From: Acidimicrobiia bacterium
GTDB taxonomy: Bacteria; Actinomycetota; Acidimicrobiia; IMCC26256; JBMOIW01
Assembly (NCBI GenBank): GCA_049317145.1
Contig: JBMOIW010000002.1
Coordinates: forward strand, 2,121 to 66,120
DNA: 64,000 nucleotides
Direction: 5' to 3'
The notes under the pieces: model-generated
Databases searched by the model: none
What the model saw: the letters and a program-made list of their open reading frames with translations, nothing else
What the model was told of the DNA's origin: nothing
In this document: positions 28,384 to 36,522 of the stretch, in pieces
Layout of the letters: every line of letters begins with the position of its first letter
Position numbering within the stretch: the stretch's first letter is position 1
Position numbers and translations under genes: made by a program

Positions 28384-30219
28384 TTAGTTGGCGGTGGGGG
28401 GCAACGTCGGAACCTCGGGGGCAAACACGCGCGTGAGACCCTCGGTCTCCATGCCTGCTTGGGTCTGTTGCTCGCGTGTTGCACGAATGACGGCGCTCTC
28501 GTTGCGCGCTACCCATTCGCGGTGGCCAACTCGTACCACCAGCGCGCTCGACGCAAAGGGGTGCCCTCGGGTGATACCGGTGAGCGCTCCGCGATCTGGA
28601 AGCTCGCCGATGATCGTTGCAGATCCGCCCTTCAGTAAGGAGTCGTAAAACTCTTGCTGGACACGCGAGAGTGAACCGGTCATCCACTTTACTTCTACGG
28701 AAAGGAATAGTTCCCGCTCGATTGCGCGGAGTCGCTGCTCTCGGCGGACGCGTGTTTGATCAGCCAGATCGATCACTTCGAGCTCATGGAGTAGCTCAGC
28801 ACGAGATTGGCGCAGCTGTTCCCCGCGCGGTCCGGCGCGCATAGCCAGGATGTCGATGTCCGTCTGCGACTTACCAACGCGAACATCAACTCGGCGACCA
28901 ATGATCTGGTATCCCATACGCACAACTTCATGTTCGGCGCAGGGTTGTGCCACGGTCGAGCCGAGCAGGATGGAGATTTCGGGAATTACATGGGCATACG
29001 TGCCGTACGCGGAGTACACCGTGGGTACTGCGGTTGCAGTGTCAACCATCGGCATACTGCGGTGCGGGAGTCCGAGGGCTGCACGTTCATGGTCGAGCGC
29101 TACGCTCTCTGCGACGAGTTCATCCCGCTGCAGTTCGAGCTGTATGCCCATATGTTCGATTGCCGTGCGTTCCATCTCAAGGCGATTGCGTTCGTGGGCA
29201 AGGAAGTCTCGCTCGACCCGTAACCGGCGTGCCTCACGCTCGAGGTCGCGTTCGGAGGGCGGGCGGGAGTATTCCGGATGTTGTTCGAGGAATGCATCGC
29301 GAGCGAGTACGTCGTTATGGAGGTGGACGCGTTTGGTTTCTAAACGTTGCAGTTGCACTTCAAGTCGTGCGCAGTGGCGTTCGAGGTAGGTGATGCGGTG
29401 TTGCGTGTCGGACATCGGTGAACGGGAACGGGAACGTGCATCAGGGAGCGGAGTCGTGCGCAGATCGGCGAGGCTGGCGAGCGCAGTGTCGAGTTGCTGA
29501 GTGACTTCATGCAGGCGTTGCTCGGTCTCGTAGAGCTCGAACGATCGGTCCGGCGGGACGACGGCCGGACCAAGAATGCGCTCGACGAGCGCGGGTACTT
29601 CGTTCCAGGAGCGGGCGCGCATCCAGCTGCCGAGACTCTGGTTGTAGGGTTGGTCGAAGATGATGTGCGGGACTGCGTTGCGGCGGAAATCGTCAATACT
29701 GGAAACCGCGTCATCGATGAACAGATCAGCGTGCACCATGGACTTGGCAGAACTGCCAAAGTGATCGCCTACGAAGAGCACCGGGCCTTCAGGAAACCCA
29801 TTTTGTGTGAGCGCGTATTCGGTTTGTTGGGGAACATCCAGGATTCGCGGTCGCGCCGTGACGTAGCGGATCCGGTATCCGGCGTCCTCCAAAGCGTGCA
29901 GCGTTTCGGCTGCGCCGGCGATTGCGGGAACGTTCTGGGAAAACCCACGTCCAAGAGCAAACTGCTCAATCGCGAGAAATTCTTCCGGCGTCACCCCCCA
30001 CTCGGGTGCAAACCAGCTCACGCGCGTCGCGAGATTATTGGCACGCACGTACAGGCGACCCGGTTGATTTGCGCGGATCCACTCTGCGGCGTGCTGCCGT
30101 AATCCTTTCGAGTATTCGAAACAAACGTTGTCGAGAGTGACTGCAATGATCGGCTGCCGGGCAGCAACTTCTGAAGTTTTCGGCGTTACTTCTCGCGCTG
30201 GTTGAATGATGCCGCTCAC
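28384..30219 (-). CDS. three-part protein: NT5C/HAD-like N-domain, long coiled coil, C-terminal VRR-NUC / PD-(D/E)xK-like module
   Basis: GTG 30219 with AGGGAG 4 nt upstream. N-domain has 'IIAVTLDNVCFEY ... LFIDDAVSSIDDF' (5'(3')-deoxyribonucleotidase-like layout). Residues of about 225-400 are heptad-rich ('LEVQLQRLETKRVHL', 'RLRVERDFLAHERNRLEMERTAIE'). C-terminus has 'DIDILAMR ... LSVEVKWMTGSLSRVQQEFYDSLLKGG'. Confidence 0.7.
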   Translation of the reverse strand: MSGIIQPAREVTPKTSEVAARQPIIAVTLDNVCFEYSKGLRQHAAEWIRANQPGRLYVRANNLATRVSWFAPEWGVTPEEFLAIEQFALGRGFSQNVPAIAGAAETLHALEDAGYRIRYVTARPRILDVPQQTEYALTQNGFPEGPVLFVGDHFGSSAKSMVHADLFIDDAVSSIDDFRRNAVPHIIFDQPYNQSLGSWMRARSWNEVPALVERILGPAVVPPDRSFELYETEQRLHEVTQQLDTALASLADLRTTPLPDARSRSRSPMSDTQHRITYLERHCARLEVQLQRLETKRVHLHNDVLARDAFLEQHPEYSRPPSERDLEREARRLRVERDFLAHERNRLEMERTAIEHMGIQLELQRDELVAESVALDHERAALGLPHRSMPMVDTATAVPTVYSAYGTYAHVIPEISILLGSTVAQPCAEHEVVRMGYQIIGRRVDVRVGKSQTDIDILAMRAGPRGEQLRQSRAELLHELEVIDLADQTRVRREQRLRAIERELFLSVEVKWMTGSLSRVQQEFYDSLLKGGSATIIGELPDRGALTGITRGHPFASSALVVRVGHREWVARNESAVIRATREQQTQAGMETEGLTRVFAPEVPTLPPTAN

Positions 30220-30291
30220 GCCACTCCCTGGCTTGTGTTGGTTCGCAAAGTTCTACACGCCGTTGAAACCGGGGTCACAACGGATTGGTCC

Positions 30292-32880
30292 TCATCGCCA
30301 AATTTCGCGCACTACCGGCGTCGGCCCGAGCCGATCGCCGAGTCGTATTGCGGCTGGATCGAGGATGTTGCCGCTCATGATCGTGCCACCATTGGCCGCA
30401 AGTCGAGGGTGCCCAGCGCGCTGTGCCCTGGTGAGCGAACCTTTTCCGCCCTTGACTTCTTTGACGTAGACGCCACGGGGATGACGAATGACGAAATCCG
30501 CTTCAAAAAAGATGCCGTCCCCGACGTCAATCACAACGTGATCGGCGAGCACTTCCTCGCCGGCCATCGCTGAGGCGGCGAGGGCGTAACGCTCTGCCAT
30601 ATCGCCGAACGCCTTAGCCAGCGGTGGGTCGATGGCGTTGAGTTCAGCGAAATCGCGATGGACGCTGAGAACTTTTTGTTGGACCGCGTCCGCTACAGCA
30701 ATATCGGACTGCTGAGCACACTTGGCGATCTGGCGTTTGAGTGCAATGAGTCGTTGGTGGTCTTCCTCGCGAGCTCGAGCAATAGCGATGCGTTTCCTTT
30801 TCCCCAATCGATGGGATTCCAGAGCGACGTCATATTCGGCGATACGCGCTTCATAACTTGTGCGACGTGCTTCGAGACGATCCTGCATAGTCTGCAGCGG
30901 GTTGCTCGAACCTGAAATGTCGACAAGGACATCGAGTGCCATGCGCGCAGCGCGTGAGCGGCCGAGTCGCCGCACCAGGAGCGCTTGGGGGTCTTGGCCG
31001 GGGAGTGCAGCGGGACTGGGCTCTACCAACATCGTGTTGCGATGCACGCCGCGCGAGAGCGCGGTGTACGCCTCTTCGCGTGTGGCGTGTGGCGAGACGA
31101 GGTAAATGGCCTCGCCCACTTTTAGGGCTTGGGCATCGTGCACCGTGAGCGCGTATGCGTGCTGCACTTGGCCGGTCGTGAGATACGAGGCAGGAACGTT
31201 CCGCACGACGGTGCGTTGGCCGGAGCGGATTGCCACGGTGATCGCGCCGGTTTTGGTATTCACCTTTGTTACCCGGGCGAGAGTCCCGGTCTGAATCTGC
31301 AAGTACGACGCCGTAAAAAGCAAGAGCACGTCGTCACCGGCAGCGATTGCAAATCCGGAATCGGCAGTGAGCTCAGGTCCCTGCAGTCGTCCGCACGCGC
31401 GCAGTGCTTGCCGGGTGAGGTTGTTGAGTTCCGCAACGCTCGACGGGTCGCCGGCGAGAATAAGGCAATGGCTCTCGATGCTCGGCGGGTCAGCGGTCGG
31501 ATCGAGATTCGCTGTTCGTACCCAGTGAGCGGCGGCGGTTTCGCGCGCATGGTCAGCGGATTCCGCAGCGATAACGCGCTTGTGTTCGCTGTATTGCTGG
31601 AGCGCAGTCCCGATATCGCCGGAGCGAAGATCGAGGAGTGCAGCTCGCTCCCATGCTTTGCTCTGGCGTCGAGTCCCACTTAAGTGCTGCGTATCGGGCC
31701 GTCTCCGCTCGAGCGCGGCGAGCGCTCCGGCAGCCTCGTCGGCAGCCATCTGAAACGGGTCACCGATCAGAACAACTTTTGCACCAGATGTACCGGTAAT
31801 GCGGAACAAGCGATCAAGCATGCGAGTACCGATGCACGAGGCTTCATCGACGATCACCACAGTATTTTCCAGGAGCGCCGCTTGATCCTGCTCGACGAGC
31901 GCGTGCAGTGGAATTGTTGGGATCCCAGTCTTTTCCGCGAACCGGCCCAACGCAACGGGGCGAAGAGCGGTACCAACAACGGGGATCCCGGCCGCGCCCC
32001 AAATGTCACGGGCGGCTTCCATGAGGTTCGTCTTGCCCGCGCCAGCCGAACCAATCAGCAAGTCAACACCGTTGCCTGAGGTCGTAAGAAACTCGAGTAC
32101 TGCGCAGCGTTCCTCGTTGATGCGTTTCGCGCCGGTGACGCGTCGCCACTCATGGAGCACATGTTCGGCGACTTCTGGATCTACCTGGCAGATGCCAGAT
32201 GCGCGCGTATCCTCCGCGTGGGTAATTACTCGAAGCTCGGTCGCAAGCATTTCGTTGGTTGTGAAGCGACGGGATTCAAGTGCACCAGCGCCGTTTAGGA
32301 GGATTCCTTCCTGCGCCAAGAACTCATCGGCGAGCGCAACGGTGTTCTCTACAGTGAGTGCGGTTTCGCTGACGCGGGCAATCTCGCGGATGACGTGCTC
32401 GCGACGGAACGTTGGATGCGCCTTTGTCAGTCCTTCGGCCCCGGCGAGATGGGCAAAGAGTGGGTTCGGATCGAAACCCGCTGCCGGACCAGTGGGCGAT
32501 TGCTGTCTTTGCGTTGCGAGCAGCGCAGCTATGTGGCGGTCATGAAGGTGTTGCAGGAGCTCCGCAGTGCTTTCGAGCAATTCGGGATGGAGGTGCCCCA
32601 GCCGTGAACCGACGGCGGGGATGTCGTGGCTGAGTTCCAGACGAGTAGTGATCCCAGTTTCGTGGTGGCGAGTGGTTGCGACACCGAGGACGCCCTGTTG
32701 CAGCACCTCGCGCTCGAGGTAGAGCAAGCAGGCATCGACTCCTGCACGATGCGCGTCGCGCAGAGTGTCATCGGGCGGAAATATTGGACTCGTTGCATCA
32801 TCGAGTGGTGTGACGAGCTCGATCGCAATTTCCGATCCGCGTAGGAGATGGCTGGTGAGTGCTTCTTGGTGATCGAGCAC
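30292..32880 (-). CDS. MobF/TrwC-like relaxase remnant fused to a RecD/TraA-type P-loop helicase and a C-terminal VRR-NUC-like module
   Basis: 'LRDAHRAGVDACLLYLEREV' matches the TrwC-domain core. Walker A 'GSAGAGKT', Walker B 'VVIVDEAS' and 'LIGDPFQM' are present. C-terminus has 'EADFVIRHPRGVYVKEVKGGKGSLTRAQ...ANGG'. The first canonical start is GTG 32880, but homology continues upstream (see findings). Confidence 0.8.
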   Translation of the reverse strand: MLDHQEALTSHLLRGSEIAIELVTPLDDATSPIFPPDDTLRDAHRAGVDACLLYLEREVLQQGVLGVATTRHHETGITTRLELSHDIPAVGSRLGHLHPELLESTAELLQHLHDRHIAALLATQRQQSPTGPAAGFDPNPLFAHLAGAEGLTKAHPTFRREHVIREIARVSETALTVENTVALADEFLAQEGILLNGAGALESRRFTTNEMLATELRVITHAEDTRASGICQVDPEVAEHVLHEWRRVTGAKRINEERCAVLEFLTTSGNGVDLLIGSAGAGKTNLMEAARDIWGAAGIPVVGTALRPVALGRFAEKTGIPTIPLHALVEQDQAALLENTVVIVDEASCIGTRMLDRLFRITGTSGAKVVLIGDPFQMAADEAAGALAALERRRPDTQHLSGTRRQSKAWERAALLDLRSGDIGTALQQYSEHKRVIAAESADHARETAAAHWVRTANLDPTADPPSIESHCLILAGDPSSVAELNNLTRQALRACGRLQGPELTADSGFAIAAGDDVLLLFTASYLQIQTGTLARVTKVNTKTGAITVAIRSGQRTVVRNVPASYLTTGQVQHAYALTVHDAQALKVGEAIYLVSPHATREEAYTALSRGVHRNTMLVEPSPAALPGQDPQALLVRRLGRSRAARMALDVLVDISGSSNPLQTMQDRLEARRTSYEARIAEYDVALESHRLGKRKRIAIARAREEDHQRLIALKRQIAKCAQQSDIAVADAVQQKVLSVHRDFAELNAIDPPLAKAFGDMAERYALAASAMAGEEVLADHVVIDVGDGIFFEADFVIRHPRGVYVKEVKGGKGSLTRAQRAGHPRLAANGGTIMSGNILDPAAIRLGDRLGPTPVVREIWR

Positions 32881-33188
32881 GAGGCCGGATAGCCCGAGGA
32901 GGTCGGCGCCGGAACCTACCCAACGGACCTGAGTGCCCTGAGCCGATGCTCGTTTTGTTTTCGCCGGGGGGAGAAATGCCGAAGTCGAGATGCCGCATTT
33001 TGGCAGCGGTCGAAACTTCCGCCAACGGTGTATAACGACTGTTCAGCATGAGTTCACCAGTTGGGAGTTCTCTTTGCGAATTCGTTGAACCGGGCTGGGG
33101 ACATCGGGGTGGAGGATGCAAGGGGACGAGCGATGGGTAACGCTGCTCAGTTAGGGGATTGTGGCTTTTGCGGTCTAGCCTGACGCCG

Positions 33189-34784
33189 ATGTCCGAGATT
33201 TTTGCGAACGCCGAGGGCGATCAGGCTGTTGGATCTTTTTCGCATCGTGGTCCGTGGTTAGTGGATCCAACGGAGATGCGTTGGCGTCGGGGCACTGACG
33301 AGCTCCGGTTACGTACCCGGGCCGAAATTCCGCGCTTGTTGGCCAAACGGACGGTCCCGCCGATTCGTCGCCTCATTCGGATTGTGACTTCGATCGGCTG
33401 GGCGCTCGGTGCCTGGTATCTGTTCGATCGAGGCCGGGAACGATCTCGAGCCGAGTTGTCGCGCCGGTTGCGAATCACCTTCGAAGGGTTGGGGTCCACG
33501 TTCGTGAAACTCGGCCAGATCATTTCTTCCGGAGAAGGATTGTTTCCCGACGAGTTGGTGCGGGAGTTTCGACTCTTGCGGGACCGAGTGGCGCCTGAAT
33601 CTTTTGCCGAGATTCGCGAGGTTGTCGAGCGCGATCTCGGTGCGCCGCTCTCCGAGGTTTTCGCCCGCTTCGACGAAACCCCGATTGCAGCCGCTTCCAT
33701 AGCGCAGGTGCATGCGGCAACGTTGCTTACCGGTGAGGAAGTTGTCGTCAAAGTGCAACGGCCTCGGGTCGAACGACTGGTGCGCGAAGACATCGAAGCG
33801 TTGGCCTGGCTTGCGCCGCGATTCGTTGGCCGTATTCCCGTTGCCGCGTTGGCAAATCCACCGGCACTGGTCGAACTCTTCACCGAGACAATCGTCGAAG
33901 AGCTGGACTTTCGCCTCGAGGCGGAGAACATGCTCGATGTGGCGCAGGTTCTTGCCGAAACTGAACAACGCGCCATCATTGTGGCGCGACCGCACCCGAC
34001 CTTGGTGACGCGTCGGGTGCTCGTTATGGAGCGCCTCTCAGGGTTTCATTTTGACGACGTCGAGTCCATTCGCGACGCGGGGATCGACACGTATGCATTA
34101 GTGCGCGCCGGACTCATTGCGTTCATGGAAGGGGCACTGCTCTTTGGGGTGTTCCACGGTGATCTGCACAGCGGAAACCTCTTCGTTCGTCCCGATGGAA
34201 CAACCGCGCTGCTGGATTTCGGGATTACCGGTCGGCTCGACGAGCGCAAGCGACTTGCGTTCCTGCGCTTACTTGTCATGGGAACTGCCGGCGATGTGGG
34301 TGGGCAGATTCGCGGATTGATCGAGCTCGGCGCGTTCCCGCCCGATACGGATGTCGATGCCGTGGTCGAAGATTTGCAGCTCAATCAGCCAGCAAAAGAT
34401 CCGACGCGAATGTCCGCTGACGAGCTGACCGAAGAGCTCAAGGCGCTTACGAAGAAATTGCTGGCGTACGGCGCACGAATTCCCAAAGAACTCATGCTCT
34501 TTGTGAAGAACATGGTGTTTCTCGATGGCGCAACTGGAGCGCTTGCTCCGGATCTCGACATCCTGGCGGAAATCCAGCACGTCTATATGTATTTCGCGCA
34601 AACCCATGGTGAGCGGATTTTGCGCGAGCTGGGGATGGATCCAACCCAGTTCGTTGATCTCGATCTTGATGCGGTGAAGAACTCAATAGGTGTAGCTGCC
34701 GACGTAGAGTCGCTGACGTTTCGCGATTTGCGCGAGCGCCGCGACATGATTCGTAAGCGCTTAGGCGGCCGCGAACTTGCGTAG
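33189..34784 (+). CDS. ABC1/UbiB-family atypical kinase
   Basis: 'FVKLGQIISSGEGLFPDELVREF', 'ASIAQVHAA' and 'FHGDLHSGNLFV' are ABC1 hallmarks. Trimmed to ATG 33189. Confidence 0.88.
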   Translation: MSEIFANAEGDQAVGSFSHRGPWLVDPTEMRWRRGTDELRLRTRAEIPRLLAKRTVPPIRRLIRIVTSIGWALGAWYLFDRGRERSRAELSRRLRITFEGLGSTFVKLGQIISSGEGLFPDELVREFRLLRDRVAPESFAEIREVVERDLGAPLSEVFARFDETPIAAASIAQVHAATLLTGEEVVVKVQRPRVERLVREDIEALAWLAPRFVGRIPVAALANPPALVELFTETIVEELDFRLEAENMLDVAQVLAETEQRAIIVARPHPTLVTRRVLVMERLSGFHFDDVESIRDAGIDTYALVRAGLIAFMEGALLFGVFHGDLHSGNLFVRPDGTTALLDFGITGRLDERKRLAFLRLLVMGTAGDVGGQIRGLIELGAFPPDTDVDAVVEDLQLNQPAKDPTRMSADELTEELKALTKKLLAYGARIPKELMLFVKNMVFLDGATGALAPDLDILAEIQHVYMYFAQTHGERILRELGMDPTQFVDLDLDAVKNSIGVAADVESLTFRDLRERRDMIRKRLGGRELA

Positions 34785-34796
34785 TTCGAGTGGTCG

Positions 34797-35432
34797 CTAG
34801 CTTCGCGGGAACCGGCTATTCGAACGCACCAATTCCACGACGACCGGGGTCGTGGTGTCCGGCGAACCGGCAGGGTATGGCGGCTGCGGGTCGTACTCGA
34901 TACTGAGCTGGATGCCTTGGGCTATCAGCTCACCTTCGAGCAGCCCAGCCAACGTGAGCGCCATATCGATACCGGCCGATACGCCGGCCGCAGTAATGAT
35001 GTTGTCTTCAACGCACACGCGTTCATCGACAACGTCGGCGCCCATTGCTCTCAGTTCCTCGCGTGCGAGCCAATGCGTTGTGGCCGGGACACCCTCGAGA
35101 ATGCCCGCTGCGCCCAAGATGAGTGCGCCGGTGCATACCGAAACCGTCCATTGGGCGTGGGCGTGTGCTTCGCGTATCCAGTCGATTGCCACGGCGTCGT
35201 TTCGGATTGCCCGTTCGCCCGGGCCCCCGGGAATGATGAGTACATCCGGATGGGGCACGTCGGACAACGCATGCTCGGCGACGATTCCGCACGAACCTTG
35301 TCCGGTGAACTTCACGCCCGGGGTGGTGGCAACGAACTTCACGTCCGCTTCGGGGAGTCGACTCAGAACTTCGTACGGCCCGATCGCGTCGAGCGCAGTA
35401 ACCCCGTCGTAGAGCAGGATCGCAAGTTCCAC
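34797..35432 (-). CDS. DJ-1/PfpI family protein
   Basis: 'ILLYDGVTALDAIGPYEV' and the nucleophile elbow 'SVCTGALILGAAG'. Confidence 0.85.
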   Translation of the reverse strand: MELAILLYDGVTALDAIGPYEVLSRLPEADVKFVATTPGVKFTGQGSCGIVAEHALSDVPHPDVLIIPGGPGERAIRNDAVAIDWIREAHAHAQWTVSVCTGALILGAAGILEGVPATTHWLAREELRAMGADVVDERVCVEDNIITAAGVSAGIDMALTLAGLLEGELIAQGIQLSIEYDPQPPYPAGSPDTTTPVVVELVRSNSRFPRS

Positions 35433-35497
35433 CGCCCGAAAGGCTACCCGCTCGTTTCGATCACTGTGGCCAGGGGTTTTGGAGGGACTGCGAGATA

Positions 35498-36493
35498 GTG
35501 GCTGATCTGACGACTACGGTGCCGGGCGTGCAGTCCTTGCTGACGTTGAGCGCAATTCCAAGCCCGGCCAACGGGGTGTTGCATCTGGGGCCGGTGCCAA
35601 TTCACATGTACGGCGTGTGCATCGCCATTGGTGTACTCATTGCTGTGTGGATTGCCGAGCGTCGTTGGGCCGCTCGTGGCCATGATCCGGCAGAAATCGC
35701 ATCGATGGCGCTTTGGATTGTGGGCGCTGGCATTGTGGGCGCGCGTGTGTATCACCTCTTCACCGGATATCGCTGGTCCGATGGCGGCTTTTGGGGAACC
35801 TTTGCAATTTGGAAAGGTGGGCTTTCCATCTGGGGGGCAGTCCTTGGTGGAACGATCGCCGTCGTCGTGCTGGCGCGCGTAAAGCATCTCGACGTGCTTG
35901 CGCTCATGGATGCCATCGGTCCTTCGGTAGCAGTTGCGCAGGCATGTGGACGCTGGGGGAATTACTTCAACCAAGAACTGTTCGGAAGACCCTCAACCTT
36001 GCCGTGGGCGATCGAGATTGACCCGGTGCATCGGCCGCTGGGCTATGAGCAGTATTCGACCTTTCAGCCGACGTTTTTGTACGAGTCGATCTGGTGTTTG
36101 GTCGTGTTTGGGCTGATCGTGCTGTTGGAGCGCCGCACGCGTCTTCGTAAAGGGCAAGCATTTGCGGCGTATTTGGTCTTGTACCCGTTCGGGAGATTCT
36201 TTTTCGAGAACATGCGAACGGACCAAGCGTCGGTGATCCTCGGCCTTCGACTCAACGCCTGGGTCTCGCTGCTTGTGATGGCCTTTGGCGCCGGATGGTT
36301 TGTGTGGCTGGGTCGGAAGGGCTCGTCGTATTCCGATGGGTTCCCGATTCGAACGTTGCCGGCCAATTGGCGCCGTGCCAACGGAACGGGCACATCGGTT
36401 CCGCAGACCGAAGGTGGTGCGATGTCGCAGTCGGGAGCTGAAGCCGAAGCCGAAGCCGAAGCTGAGCCCGAAGCTGATGAGGCTTCCGCCTAG
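35498..36493 (+). CDS. lgt: prolipoprotein diacylglyceryl transferase
   Basis: 'HMYGVCIAIGVL', 'GGLSIWG' and 'GRWGNYFNQELFGRP' are Lgt signatures. Carries an acidic (EA)n C-terminal tail. Confidence 0.9.
   Translation: MADLTTTVPGVQSLLTLSAIPSPANGVLHLGPVPIHMYGVCIAIGVLIAVWIAERRWAARGHDPAEIASMALWIVGAGIVGARVYHLFTGYRWSDGGFWGTFAIWKGGLSIWGAVLGGTIAVVVLARVKHLDVLALMDAIGPSVAVAQACGRWGNYFNQELFGRPSTLPWAIEIDPVHRPLGYEQYSTFQPTFLYESIWCLVVFGLIVLLERRTRLRKGQAFAAYLVLYPFGRFFFENMRTDQASVILGLRLNAWVSLLVMAFGAGWFVWLGRKGSSYSDGFPIRTLPANWRRANGTGTSVPQTEGGAMSQSGAEAEAEAEAEPEADEASA
36440..36475 (+). repeat. hexanucleotide GAAGCC-type repeat (3 perfect + 3 imperfect units) encoding (EA)n in the Lgt tail
   Basis: gaagcc gaagcc gaagcc gaagct gagccc gaagct, read directly from the sequence. 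Confidence 0.6.
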
Positions 36494-36522
36494 GCTCACA
36501 CTCCGGTCCTGAGGAGGACAAC

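Noticed and set aside
28384-33049. Annotating the relaxase-containing region as an intact integrative/conjugative or mobilisable element.
   Set aside because: I saw no integrase, coupling protein, FtsK/TraB-type translocase, T4SS, replication or partition genes, and no flanking direct repeats. The relaxase motifs also appear degenerate.
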